A stretch of DNA of 64,000 nt from Pelotomaculum sp. UBA3102 (GTDB lineage Bacteria; Bacillota; Desulfotomaculia; Desulfotomaculales; Pelotomaculaceae). Under the pieces are notes generated by a model, which was not told the origin of the DNA, ran no database searches, and saw nothing but the letters and a program-made list of their open reading frames with translations. Numbering within the stretch: position 1 is the first letter of the stretch; every line of letters begins with the position of its first letter. Location: positions 5 to 64,004 of the forward strand of contig DFAQ01000031.1 of assembly GCA_002365865.1 (NCBI GenBank), in the 5' to 3' direction. Positions 40,061 to 49,670 of this stretch are shown here, in pieces. The position numbers and the translations under genes were made by a program.

Positions 40061-40584
40061 GACAGAGACCTCAAACTAACTTTTTGAGTCAATACGACCG
40101 GTCCGACACGGCTCCCCTGTTTTTTAGCTGTTATTGTAATTTTCACCTGCGTCACCGCTGCCGCCTCCGTTGCCAGGTCTGTTACTTCCGTTCCCGAGGA
40201 ATTCAAATAAGTAAAATCAACACTTTGCATGTCACTTGCAAGCGGTTGGGCGACAGCACCCTGTTCCTGCCGGTATAATGCATAAGCGGAACAATAATAC
40301 CTTACCGTAGTCCCCCCGGCATTAACGAAATAAAGATTGGAAGCGTCGCTGGAATCAGTAATATTTTGAGCATAGCGCAGTTCCCGGCCCGCCCGGTCAA
40401 GCGAGATGCGCAGGCTGTCGTACATATCAACCTTGTTTTCACCCTGCTTCCACAGGATAAAACCCTGCGCGAAAAGGCCCCATACCGCCAGGAAAAGAAT
40501 GCTCAACAATAGAACCGAAATCAGCAGTTCAACCAGCGTGAAACCTCTTTGTTCCCTTTCTATTTCTATACGCACATCTTTCAC
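40057..40584 (-). CDS. prepilin-type minor pilin (PilW-like)
   Basis: 175 aa. Class III signal ...EQRG/FTLVELLISV. Confidence 0.75.
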   Translation of the reverse strand: MKDVRIEIEREQRGFTLVELLISVLLLSILFLAVWGLFAQGFILWKQGENKVDMYDSLRISLDRAGRELRYAQNITDSSDASNLYFVNAGGTTVRYYCSAYALYRQEQGAVAQPLASDMQSVDFTYLNSSGTEVTDLATEAAAVTQVKITITAKKQGSRVGPVVLTQKVSLRSLS

Positions 40585-40973
40585 CTTTTAACGACATCCG
40601 TGGTAACGGACACCTCTTTAGAGACTCCTCCCTCACTGTAAGTGACCTCTACAGTAACCGTCTTCAGGTTAAGGCCGCTGTCATCCACGGTTACCCCGTA
40701 AGAGTAACCGGTAAAACCGGAGTAATCACTTTCAGAGGAAAAATCAGTGGCGGCGACATCTTCAATGCTGTTAAAATTGCAGTTCTTGATTTCTTCCATT
40801 TTGCTCTGGGCAAGTGACAGGGCGGTGTTATAGCGGTTAGTGCCAGAATTTTGGCGACTGCCCAGGGCAAAAGCGTTCATCATCGTCACCAGCGCCATGG
40901 TCAGAATTATAAATGCCACCAATACTTCCAGCAGGGTCATGCCGCGCTGATTACTTAAAACAGGCAATTTCAA
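40581..40973 (-). CDS. prepilin-type minor pilin (PilV-like)
   Basis: 130 aa. Class III signal ...NQRG/MTLLEVLVAF. Confidence 0.75.
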   Translation of the reverse strand: MKLPVLSNQRGMTLLEVLVAFIILTMALVTMMNAFALGSRQNSGTNRYNTALSLAQSKMEEIKNCNFNSIEDVAATDFSSESDYSGFTGYSYGVTVDDSGLNLKTVTVEVTYSEGGVSKEVSVTTDVVKR

Positions 40974-41000
40974 GCCACCACCCCCGGAAAGTTCAAATCA

Positions 41001-41501
41001 TTACGAAGGCGGAGTATCATCCACCCGTACCCGGCCTAAAGTATTAATAATCACATACAAAAACGCTCCGGTTTTCAGATCCTTCAGGGTGATCGTACCG
41101 CCGATCCCACCGTAAGGACGCCCGTTAGCGGCGCAAATCAGATCATGGCCGTCAAAATTGGTGTTTACAAGGTCAACGTTTGCGGGCAGGTTTTTAGTCA
41201 GGTACGGAGTCAACCCCTCATCGGTATTAATCAGATAATAGCAGTCATCCACAGTATTAAAAACGATCTTAAACCCCGCGCTTTCATGCTTGATAGCAGA
41301 CTGCTGCAACGAACGTATATCTAAAGCCAGTTCCCTGGCCGAACTTTCAAGGTTGTAACGCCCGATGGTCCGGTTAAAATCGGGCAGGGCAACCGCCACC
41401 ACCAGGCCGATAATGACGACCACAATGGCTATTTCGATTAAAGTGAAGCCGGCATTGTATCTAAATTTATTTAATCTAATGTTTTTTCGTGTGTTTCTCA
41501 T
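41001..41501 (-). CDS. prepilin-type minor pilin (GspH/FimT-like)
   Basis: Class III signal ...RYNAG/FTLIEIAIVV. ATG at 41501 is preferred to the ORF-track start at 41612, which would overlap the pilA1 terminator. Confidence 0.7.
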   Translation of the reverse strand: MRNTRKNIRLNKFRYNAGFTLIEIAIVVVIIGLVVAVALPDFNRTIGRYNLESSARELALDIRSLQQSAIKHESAGFKIVFNTVDDCYYLINTDEGLTPYLTKNLPANVDLVNTNFDGHDLICAANGRPYGGIGGTITLKDLKTGAFLYVIINTLGRVRVDDTPPS

Positions 41502-41521
41502 AAATAACCAAATATTTTCTA

Positions 41522-41565
41522 AATAAAAAGATAACTTTGGTAAGGCAGGTGTGCCTGCCTTACCA
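41522..41565 (-). terminator. intrinsic terminator/attenuator directly after pilA1
   Basis: 11-bp perfect stem ggtaaggcagg/cctgccttacc (41539-41549 / 41554-41564), 4-nt loop, followed on the minus strand by a U-rich tail (aaaguuaucuuuuuauuu). Confidence 0.7.
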
Positions 41566-41577
41566 TTTACATTTATT

Positions 41578-42054
41578 TTATTTAATTTCCACTCCCCCTG
41601 TTTCAGAAGCATTTTGACCTTCTTGCGGGCTAGTCATATTGGTAACAGTAATATCATCATTGCCACCGGGCCTTCCATCAGGTCCGTATGATGTTATAGT
41701 ATAATCGGCAGTAGTACCATCGGCGCTCCCGAAATAATAATAGCTGTGTCCCCAGGGATCTTTTTTGGACGTTGAGATACCGCCATTCGACAAAACACCG
41801 TTGATTTGATCTGCGTCAGTACCGCCTGCAGCTTTCGGAGAAGCAAGACCACCAGTATTTTCCGAAGGATCGCTAACCCAAATATCTACAACAGTTTTCA
41901 TGCTTTTCAATTCTGAAACAGCTCTTTTAATCTTTGCCTTATCGGTCTGCTTGCTCATAGTCGGGATAGCGATGGCAGCCAGGATACCGATAATGATAAC
42001 CACCACCATCAGCTCGATGAGGGTGAAACCCCGTTCATTCCTTGCCAGCCTCAT
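41578..42054 (-). CDS. pilA: major pilin, GspG-like type IV (pseudo)pilin (cluster 1)
   Basis: 158 aa. MRLARNERG/FTLIELMVVVIIIGILAAIAIP and the GspG-type C-terminal pattern DPWGHSYYY...SYGPDGRPGGNDDI. Confidence 0.8.
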   Translation of the reverse strand: MRLARNERGFTLIELMVVVIIIGILAAIAIPTMSKQTDKAKIKRAVSELKSMKTVVDIWVSDPSENTGGLASPKAAGGTDADQINGVLSNGGISTSKKDPWGHSYYYFGSADGTTADYTITSYGPDGRPGGNDDITVTNMTSPQEGQNASETGGVEIK

Positions 42055-42123
42055 GTTTTCACCTCCTCTCGCTTGTCATATGTATTTTTGCTTTAATTAC
42101 TTGGCCGGGTTGCCGGCCAAGAA

Positions 42124-43338
42124 CTATTTCACGTTATTGATCACGCTGAACATCGGCATCATTATAGAAAGAATGATGAACCCCACCACGCCGCCCATGC
42201 CCACGATTAAAACCGGCTCCAGCATGGAAGACAAGCGGGCGACAATGTTCTCTACTTCACGCTCGTAAAAGTCGGCTATCTTTTCAAGTAGAGCGTCTAT
42301 AGAGCCTGTTTCCTCGCCTATCGATATCATCCTGGTAACCATGGGAGGAAACACCCCGCTTTTCTGCAGTGGCAGAGAGATGCTCTGCCCCTCTATAATA
42401 CTTTTTTCGGCTTCTTCTATGCTTTTGATTACCGCGTAGTTGCCGGCAATGTTTTTTACCACGTCGAGCGACTGCAGCACCGGAACGCCGCTCTTTAAGA
42501 GCGTACTCAGAGACCGGCAAAAGCGGGAGATGATTATTTTTTTGAGCATCGGGCCGAATATCGGCAGTTTTAAAACCAGGTTGTCCTTAATTTTTTTGCC
42601 CTGCTCGGTCTTAACGGCCTGCTTGTAGCCGACAATTACTCCCGCGACGATTAACAGGCAGACATACCAGTAGTACTTGAAAAAACTGCTGATTAAGATA
42701 ATTAACTGAGTCGTTAAAGGAATGGGCGCATTCATATCTTGAAGCATATTAACAAAGGTCGGCACCACCAGCACCATCAGCGTCACTACCGCCAGGACGG
42801 CGATAACAACGACCACCGCCGGGTATGTCATGGCCGACTTGACCTTTTCCTTCAAGTCGTGCTCCTTCTCGAAGTTAACGGCAAGCCGCTCCAGCACCTG
42901 GTCCAGGGCGCCGCCCACTTCCCCGGCCTCCACCATACTGATAAAGATTTGGGGAAAAATCTTGGGATACGTTTTCAGTGCCTCCGTCAGAGACTTCCCG
43001 CCTTCCAAAAGCCCGGTGACTTTTTGGAGGGCCTCCTTGAGGGTTTTGTTGTCGCACTGCTGGGACAAAATATTAAGACTTTGCAGAATGGGAACGCCTG
43101 CCTGGACCATGGTCGCAAGCTGCCGGCACATGACGGCCAGTTCCCTGGTGGTGACCTTCTGCTGGAAATATTTATTCAAGTCAAAAGAAGTTGTCCCCCC
43201 AGAAGAAGACTCTTTTAACTCCACCACGAAAAACCTGCGTTCCCTGAGCAGTGCTACAGCCTTATTCCGGTTTTCCGCCTCGACTTTGCCTGTGACTAGC
43301 CTGCCGGACGGATTTCGGGCCTTGTAATAAAATTTCAT
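42124..43338 (-). CDS. pilC: PilC/GspF platform protein (cluster 1)
   Basis: 404 aa. Two GspF repeats and 3 TM segments. Confidence 0.9.
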   Translation of the reverse strand: MKFYYKARNPSGRLVTGKVEAENRNKAVALLRERRFFVVELKESSSGGTTSFDLNKYFQQKVTTRELAVMCRQLATMVQAGVPILQSLNILSQQCDNKTLKEALQKVTGLLEGGKSLTEALKTYPKIFPQIFISMVEAGEVGGALDQVLERLAVNFEKEHDLKEKVKSAMTYPAVVVVIAVLAVVTLMVLVVPTFVNMLQDMNAPIPLTTQLIILISSFFKYYWYVCLLIVAGVIVGYKQAVKTEQGKKIKDNLVLKLPIFGPMLKKIIISRFCRSLSTLLKSGVPVLQSLDVVKNIAGNYAVIKSIEEAEKSIIEGQSISLPLQKSGVFPPMVTRMISIGEETGSIDALLEKIADFYEREVENIVARLSSMLEPVLIVGMGGVVGFIILSIMMPMFSVINNVK

Positions 43339-43419
43339 TTAAAACACACCGTCACATAAATTCTTTATTTGACAAGAAAATCCTTCATAAAGAGGAATAA
43401 TTTCTAATCTTATTACTTC

Positions 43420-44514
43420 TTACAACATTTTGGACAGAGTTTCCGGATCGTTCGCGCGGCTTAGAGCTTCCTCCCTGCTTATAATTTTTTTAACGTACAG
43501 AGAGCGCAAAGCCATATCAAGCGTCTGCATCCCGTACCTGGCGCCCGTTTGAATCTGGCTTATAATCTGGAAGGTCTTACCTTCACGGATAAGGTTGCGT
43601 ATAGCCGGCGTGGCGACCATTACTTCTACCGCCGCCACTCTGCCCGGCTTGTCTATCCTGGGAACAAGCGTCTGCGCTATAACGCCCTGGATGGTGTTTC
43701 CCAGTTGAACCCTGATCTGCTGCTGCTGGTGAGGCGGAAAGACGTCGATAATCCTGTCTATGGTCTGGGCCGCGCTGGAGGTGTGCAGCGTCCCGAAGAC
43801 CAGGTGGCCGGTTTCGGCCGCGGTTATGGCAATCCCGATCGTTTCAGGATCGCGCATCTCACCGACCAGGATAACGTCAGGATCTTCCCGCATGGCCGCA
43901 CGCAGGGCGCTGGCAAACGTCCCGGAGTCCTTTCCTATCTCACGTTGGTTGATCAGGCTTTTTTTATGACGGTGGACAAATTCGATGGGATCCTCAAGGG
44001 TAATGATATGGTACCTGCATTCCCTGTTGATCTGGTCTATCATAGCCGCCAGGGTGGTGGACTTACCGCTGCCGGTAGGACCGGTTACGAGCACCAGCCC
44101 TCTCGGCTTGCGGGATAGGACAGCAAGTATCTCAGACAAGCCTAGCTCCTGGAAAGAAAGAATTTTAGAGTTAATCAGCCGGATGACAAACCCGACACTG
44201 CCCTGCTGCTTGAAAGTATTGACCCGGAAGCGACACAAACCGGGAATTTCGTATGAAAAATCCAGTTCCCCTGTTTTCTGGAATTCCCGGTACTGTTCTT
44301 CGCTCATAATCTGGCGCACCAGCGAATCGGTATCCTCCGGTGTCAGCTTGCCGGTCGCCGCGGCCTTTTCGCCGAGCCTCCCCTGCCATTCGGGCGCGTC
44401 GAAAGGCAAAAGCGCACCGTGCAGGCGGAATGCAGGGGGGCTGTTTACCGTGACGTGGACATCGGAAGCACCCACCTTAAATGCAAGCGCCAGTATTTCA
44501 TCAGCGGTCATCAT
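43420..44514 (-). CDS. pilT: PilT twitching-motility retraction ATPase
   Basis: 364 aa. Walker A GPTGSGKSTT, Walker B/Asp box, PilT-specific AIRNLIREGK motif. No N-terminal GspE N-domain. Confidence 0.92.
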   Translation of the reverse strand: MMTADEILALAFKVGASDVHVTVNSPPAFRLHGALLPFDAPEWQGRLGEKAAATGKLTPEDTDSLVRQIMSEEQYREFQKTGELDFSYEIPGLCRFRVNTFKQQGSVGFVIRLINSKILSFQELGLSEILAVLSRKPRGLVLVTGPTGSGKSTTLAAMIDQINRECRYHIITLEDPIEFVHRHKKSLINQREIGKDSGTFASALRAAMREDPDVILVGEMRDPETIGIAITAAETGHLVFGTLHTSSAAQTIDRIIDVFPPHQQQQIRVQLGNTIQGVIAQTLVPRIDKPGRVAAVEVMVATPAIRNLIREGKTFQIISQIQTGARYGMQTLDMALRSLYVKKIISREEALSRANDPETLSKML

Positions 44515-44538
44515 GTATATTTTACCTCCCCGTGGGAT

Positions 44539-46227
44539 TTATGTTTCGTCTACGTATGCAACCCTCATTACTTCTTCGATAGTCGTCAAACCTTTCATGG
44601 CTTTTTGGATGCCGTCCATTTTCAAAGTGACCATTCCCTCGGCTATGGCCTTTTGCTTTATCTCGTCCGCGGGTGCATTCCTTAAAATCAGCGGCCGAAG
44701 CCCGGTCGTCACGGGCAGCACCTCGTGAATGGCCAGGCGCCCCTTGTAGCCGGTGTTTCCGCAGTTATCGCAGCCAGCGCCCCTGAACAGGGTAACGGGC
44801 TTGTCATGTGCGACGCCGATAAACACCCGCTCCGGCGCATCCGGCGCCAATTCATATGGCTGGCAGCAGTCCGGGCAGATCCTCCTGGCCAGGCGCTGCG
44901 CGACAGCTGCCAGCACCGACGAAGCCACAAGAAAAGGCTCAATCTCCATGTCGACCAGGCGGGTAATTGCCCCGGCGGCGTCGTTGGTGTGCAGGGTGGA
45001 AAGTACCAAGTGGCCTGTGGTAGCGGCCTTTACGGCAATTTCGGCAGTTTCGCTGTCGCGTATCTCTCCTACCATGATGATGTCGGGGTCCTGCCTGAGA
45101 ATAGCGCGCAGCCCGGCTGCAAAAGTCATCCCCGCCTTGGTGTTGACCTGGGTCTGGTTTATGCCCTCAAGCATGTATTCCACCGGGTCTTCGACGGTAA
45201 TTATATTTTTATCGACAGTATTGATTTCGTTAAGGGCAGCGTAGAGGGTAGTGGTTTTCCCGCTGCCGGTAGGCCCGGTAATCAAGATCATGCCGTAAGA
45301 ACTTTTGAGTGCGTTGGTAAACCTGTTAAAATTAACCGGTTCAAAACCTATATTCTCAATTTTATAGGATCTCATGCTCCCCTTGTCCAGAAGCCGGGTA
45401 ACTATTTTTTCCCCGTACACGGTAGGCAGCGTAGACACCCTGAGATCGATTTCCCTGTTTCCCAACCTCAGCTGGATCCTGCCGTCCTGCGGGATGCGCT
45501 TTTCGGCGATATCCATGTCGGACATTATCTTAACCCTCGAGATTACCGCTGAACGGATTTTCCTGGGCAGCGTCATCACTTCCCGGAGCATGCCGTCTAT
45601 CCTGTACCTTACCCTGACCTGGTGCTCCTGGGGTTCTATGTGAATATCGCTGGCATTTTGCTCTATGGCCTGGAAGAAGATAGAATTTACCAGGCGCACG
45701 ATAGGCGCTTCGTCAATCACTTCTTCTTCAAGCTTAACGGCTTCGCTTTCCTGCTCGCCGGCCAGCAGCTCGAACTCCTCAAATATCTTGTCGACTTCGG
45801 GAATGCCGAAATATTTTTGAATTACCGCGTCAATGTCTTTTTCACTGGCATGAACAGGCTCAATCTCGCACCCCATCAATAAACGCAGGTCATCTATCGC
45901 CAAAACGTTCATGGGGTCGGCCATAGCTACCGTGAGGCAGTTTCCTTCTCTTCTGATCGGGATCGCCTTGTGTCTTCGAACCAGTTGTTCGGGTATGGTT
46001 TTAAGAAGGGCGGGGTCGAGGTTGTCCAGCCTGGCCTGCTGGATTCCCAAAATTTCGTTTATGACTTCTTCAGAAGCCATACCAAGCTTGACCAGGATAT
46101 TGCCCAAAAGTTCGCCAGTACGGGACTGGACGCGAAGGGCCTCCCAGAGCTGATCCTTTGTAATAATACCTCTTTCAATCAGCTGTTCTCCTAAAAGTTT
46201 CTTTGGTGTTTTGGTAACAGCCGCCAT
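44539..46227 (-). CDS. pilB: PilB/GspE assembly ATPase (cluster 1)
   Basis: 562 aa. GspE N-terminal domain, Walker A GPTGSGKTTT, tetracysteine motif (CPDC...CDNC). Confidence 0.92.
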   Translation of the reverse strand: MAAVTKTPKKLLGEQLIERGIITKDQLWEALRVQSRTGELLGNILVKLGMASEEVINEILGIQQARLDNLDPALLKTIPEQLVRRHKAIPIRREGNCLTVAMADPMNVLAIDDLRLLMGCEIEPVHASEKDIDAVIQKYFGIPEVDKIFEEFELLAGEQESEAVKLEEEVIDEAPIVRLVNSIFFQAIEQNASDIHIEPQEHQVRVRYRIDGMLREVMTLPRKIRSAVISRVKIMSDMDIAEKRIPQDGRIQLRLGNREIDLRVSTLPTVYGEKIVTRLLDKGSMRSYKIENIGFEPVNFNRFTNALKSSYGMILITGPTGSGKTTTLYAALNEINTVDKNIITVEDPVEYMLEGINQTQVNTKAGMTFAAGLRAILRQDPDIIMVGEIRDSETAEIAVKAATTGHLVLSTLHTNDAAGAITRLVDMEIEPFLVASSVLAAVAQRLARRICPDCCQPYELAPDAPERVFIGVAHDKPVTLFRGAGCDNCGNTGYKGRLAIHEVLPVTTGLRPLILRNAPADEIKQKAIAEGMVTLKMDGIQKAMKGLTTIEEVMRVAYVDET

Positions 46228-46365
46228 GCCGCCCCACCTCTGGACGCTAAAAAATTAGCATATCTTTCCTCTCGTAATCATTTCTGCAAATCAACAAATA
46301 ATCCTTTTTTTATAATCTGTCGACAAATTTCTTCTTGGGCCTCACGCGGCAACAAATATTTTCGG

Positions 46366-46391
46366 ATCAAAAAAAGCACCGGGTGGTGCTC
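46366..46391 (-). terminator. intrinsic terminator separating pilus cluster 2 from cluster 1
   Basis: Minus-strand RNA agcacc-accc-ggugcu followed by U7. Starts 2 nt after the stop codon of the 71-aa ORF. Confidence 0.75.
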
Positions 46392-46392
46392 T

Positions 46393-46608
46393 CTACTTCG
46401 CACTTTCACTTGATTCAATTAAATCAATTCCCTGGGCGGTAATTTTATAACCCCACATAGCCCCTCGCAATTGCCTGGTTGTGATTAAATTTTTAGATCT
46501 TCGCTGCTTTAAGCGGGTGCCTTCCATATTATGCCTACGGCCGCCCCTGACATGGAGCTCGCACCCGCGTTTCTCCTGCGCTGCCTTATCGTGATCTTCA
46601 TGCGGCAC
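46393..46608 (-). CDS. small basic hypothetical protein, last ORF of pilus cluster 2
   Basis: 71 aa. GTG start with a GGGAGG RBS 9 nt upstream. Arg/Lys-rich. I recognise no family. Confidence 0.35.
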   Translation of the reverse strand: MPHEDHDKAAQEKRGCELHVRGGRRHNMEGTRLKQRRSKNLITTRQLRGAMWGYKITAQGIDLIESSESAK

Positions 46609-46671
46609 GTTTACCTGCCTCCCTGGATGATTTGGTTCCAGATAAAGTTATTCAAAAAAGCTCTGATTTCA

Positions 46672-47484
46672 TCATTCTTCCTTTTTTCCTTCCGGTTGAA
46701 CGCTTTCAAACAGTGATTTCCATATATCAGCTGGGTTATTTAAGGGCAGCTCGCTGCTTTCTTTAGTTCTATCTTCCCTTTTTTCTTCCGGCCCGGGGTA
46801 TATGAACATGTCGAAAGGATTTTCCCGCCCGTATTGGCCGTTCATAAAGGGGTAGTCCAGCGGATCCGGTTCGATGTCGTGCATGACAAACACCGTTAAT
46901 CCAATGTCGGTTTCCAGGATACCACCTTCTGCGGGCGTGAAGGTCAGCTCGTTAATAGTTACCGCTCTTTTATAGTTTTCCATATCTTTTAAAAAGTTTT
47001 GTGTGTTGCCGGCAGTTCCTTTTATTTTCAGGTCCATTATAAATGTACTGTAGTTTTGATGCTCCTGCAGCTGGCCGAAGGTAACATTTTCGGCAGAGAG
47101 GTAGTGCTTGCTGAGAAGATAATAAATGTCTACCAAAAGGCCGGGCGTGTCCTTTATGTTCGGCACCATGGTGTAGATTTGGGCAATCATCTGCTCGCAT
47201 TCTTTGATTTTATTTTCCATGTCGGAAATTTTGTGAAAACCTTTCCCATACATTTCGCACACTATTTCGTCCCGCTGGGCTATTTGACTTTTTAGGAAAT
47301 TGATCTGCTTTATTTGTTTATTCAGAACGAGAAAATAATAAAGAGCCGCCGCTGACAAAAAAAAGAAAAGGCCTAGTAAGAGCTTTTCCCTGTTTGATAA
47401 CCTCAGTTGAGAATGGAGAACGCGGTTTTTAAGTCTTGTCCGCAATGTTAATGATGATTGTGGAGCCGTTGGTAGATTGTTCAT
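46672..47484 (-). CDS. pilO: PilO-like pilus assembly protein (cluster 2)
   Basis: 270 aa. Cytoplasmic N-terminus, one TM helix (LLLGLFFFLSAAALYYFLV), coiled coil, alpha/beta domain. Follows pilM2 and pilN2. Confidence 0.55.
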   Translation of the reverse strand: MNNLPTAPQSSLTLRTRLKNRVLHSQLRLSNREKLLLGLFFFLSAAALYYFLVLNKQIKQINFLKSQIAQRDEIVCEMYGKGFHKISDMENKIKECEQMIAQIYTMVPNIKDTPGLLVDIYYLLSKHYLSAENVTFGQLQEHQNYSTFIMDLKIKGTAGNTQNFLKDMENYKRAVTINELTFTPAEGGILETDIGLTVFVMHDIEPDPLDYPFMNGQYGRENPFDMFIYPGPEEKREDRTKESSELPLNNPADIWKSLFESVQPEGKKEE

Positions 47485-48137
47485 TCGCTCAACCCTCTGG
47501 GAAAAATTTTCATATAAAATTTCTGAATTGTTTCTTTAAAACTCGCGTTGGGTGATCTTTTTTCGCAAGACCCTTCTTTTAATGCCAGCTCAAAGGTGAT
47601 CTCTTTAGGTTCGTTCACAAGAGGTACTGCGGAAATTTCTACTTCCTGAAAAAGATCCAGCCTGCGCAGCGCTACTACCACGCGAGCGGTGTCAATCGGG
47701 CTAGCCGATACCACCGTTAGGGTAACTTTGCTGGATTCCAGGGAAAGCTTGGAAACGCTTACATTGTATGGCAACGCTTCCGCTATTTCGGCCATCAGGT
47801 TTGCGGCGGAAAAGCGTTGCCCTTCAATTTCATCGAGTGCCGCAAGCATGGTGTTTAGTTTTGCCTCGGTTGCCTGCAGGCGGTCGTAAACTGCCTTGCC
47901 TTTTTCTAAGTCATGGATAAAAGTGTTTTTCACCGCCAGTTCTCGCTCGCATTCCCGGATTATTTTCTGAGGGTAAGTATAAAGCATGTACACGCCTGCT
48001 GCCAGCAGCACGCCCAGGAGGCCGAGGAAGAGCTTTTCTTTTCTTTTTTTCCGCGCAGTGCGGATGCCGACAGGAAGAAAGTCAATGTCCTTGACGCGGC
48101 GCCATTTTCGTAACACATGGATTATTGTATTGTTCAA
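47481..48137 (-). CDS. pilN: PilN-like pilus assembly protein (cluster 2)
   Basis: 218 aa. IDFLP motif, TM helix, coiled coil. Confidence 0.65.
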   Translation of the reverse strand: MNNTIIHVLRKWRRVKDIDFLPVGIRTARKKRKEKLFLGLLGVLLAAGVYMLYTYPQKIIRECERELAVKNTFIHDLEKGKAVYDRLQATEAKLNTMLAALDEIEGQRFSAANLMAEIAEALPYNVSVSKLSLESSKVTLTVVSASPIDTARVVVALRRLDLFQEVEISAVPLVNEPKEITFELALKEGSCEKRSPNASFKETIQKFYMKIFPRGLSE

Positions 48138-49054
48138 AGACGCATGCTCCTCATGATTAAGCCAAGGTTAACAGCATAGGCCGGAATAACTTCGACAAGA
48201 TCGCTATTATTTAACTTATTATAGCACCAGAGCGGAATGTTGCCAATCACCTCTTTCCTCAGCGCCCTTCCCACTGCTTCTGGCGCACCAGGCACCAGTG
48301 CTAGATCGTTGATCAGATAGATTTTATTTACTTCCTGACCGCGGTGGCGCGAAGAATAGAAGCCAAGGTATGTATTTATGTCGCTTAAGATTGTCTCCAG
48401 AGTTCCTGAGAGGTTGCCTTTGTTTATACCTGTTGTGTTTTCTACACCTCCATGCCCAATCGGCAGGTAAGCGTAAAAGAAAAGAACGCCCTTTTCAAAG
48501 ATGGTAAAGTGAGTGCTTGCGCGGCCGACGTCTACTACCGCCACGTCGATATCTACCAAATTTCGAAAAAGGCGGGCTATAGCATTAGGGTAAACATCGA
48601 CAATCAGGGGGTCCAGGCCGGCCGCCTGGACGGTCTTGACCCGCTCCTCAATCATATTTTTAGGCGCTCCAGCCAAAAGCAGGTTGTAATATTCCCTCCC
48701 TTCTTCCTCGTACTTTTTCAGCACTCGATAGTCATAGATAAAACTTTCCATGTCCACCGGCAGGAGATCGCTTATTTCCAACTCTATGTAACCGGCGAGA
48801 TCTTTGTCTTTCATATAGGGAACCTTAACGATACGAGTAACCACCTGCTGGCCGGAAATATTAATCAGCACTTTTTTTGCCTTAAAACCGGAAACTTTAA
48901 CAGCGCTTTTCGTCTGCAAGTTTTCTTGAATTTTGCAGGCCGGTACGGTCAAGCACTTTTTCAAGCTGATCTTTTTGTTAAGGCCAACCGACCATTCTAA
49001 AAACTTCCAGCTGCTTTCGTCGATATCTAAGGACAGCTTAGTATTGAACGCCAT
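48134..49054 (-). CDS. pilM: PilM-like actin-fold protein (cluster 2)
   Basis: The actin-like pattern (LSLDIDESS..., VVDVGRASTHFTI) is more divergent than in PilM1. ATG at 49054 is preferred because the upstream gene ends at 49071. Confidence 0.7.
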   Translation of the reverse strand: MAFNTKLSLDIDESSWKFLEWSVGLNKKISLKKCLTVPACKIQENLQTKSAVKVSGFKAKKVLINISGQQVVTRIVKVPYMKDKDLAGYIELEISDLLPVDMESFIYDYRVLKKYEEEGREYYNLLLAGAPKNMIEERVKTVQAAGLDPLIVDVYPNAIARLFRNLVDIDVAVVDVGRASTHFTIFEKGVLFFYAYLPIGHGGVENTTGINKGNLSGTLETILSDINTYLGFYSSRHRGQEVNKIYLINDLALVPGAPEAVGRALRKEVIGNIPLWCYNKLNNSDLVEVIPAYAVNLGLIMRSMRL

Positions 49055-49070
49055 CAGGGGCACCCCATCA

Positions 49071-49667
49071 CTAATTCTCTTTGCCTTTCCACTCCAAATT
49101 TCTCCACTCCAAGTACTCAAGAGTGCAGCGGCTGTAAGCAATCTTGCTCACATCTTTGCCATCTCCGCATTCAATTTTGGTAAAAGGTACTTTTAACCTC
49201 ACAATCACTTGTTTTCTGCTGTTGTTAAAAACACCTGTGGAGGTTATGGTATAAATGCTGTATGGGTTATTTCTTTCACTATCATAATCCTCTCGTTCCA
49301 CATCTACCTTGTAGCCGTGGGGCAGATTGTAATCGTAATCAGGCGGCTTGCTATCGTCCTCGAACGGCCTGTCGGCTTCTACCTCGGCAATTTCGGGCGC
49401 CGGCAGATCATCAGGCCCCATGCAGTCGAGAATGCCGCCTGTTTGCCCGCTGCCGTACAAAAGAACGGTTAAACTGTGTTCAACTCCGCTTTCGGCCAGG
49501 TAGTAAGCTCTGATGCCGTCGATATACGAGCTAGTGACCTGCCGGTCGGTTACAGCCAGGGAAAGAAATAAAAAAGCCAGGGAAATTACAACCAGAGTTA
49601 CATATACAACCCAAAGATAAGCTGCTCCTCTTTCGATCTTCTTTGTTCTTGATCCTTTCACAGGCAT
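49071..49667 (-). CDS. PilX-N-domain minor pilus protein (cluster 2)
   Basis: 198 aa. N-terminal hydrophobic helix and AYYLAESGVEH, a PilX-N-like motif. Confidence 0.6.
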   Translation of the reverse strand: MPVKGSRTKKIERGAAYLWVVYVTLVVISLAFLFLSLAVTDRQVTSSYIDGIRAYYLAESGVEHSLTVLLYGSGQTGGILDCMGPDDLPAPEIAEVEADRPFEDDSKPPDYDYNLPHGYKVDVEREDYDSERNNPYSIYTITSTGVFNNSRKQVIVRLKVPFTKIECGDGKDVSKIAYSRCTLEYLEWRNLEWKGKEN

Positions 49668-49670
49668 ACC

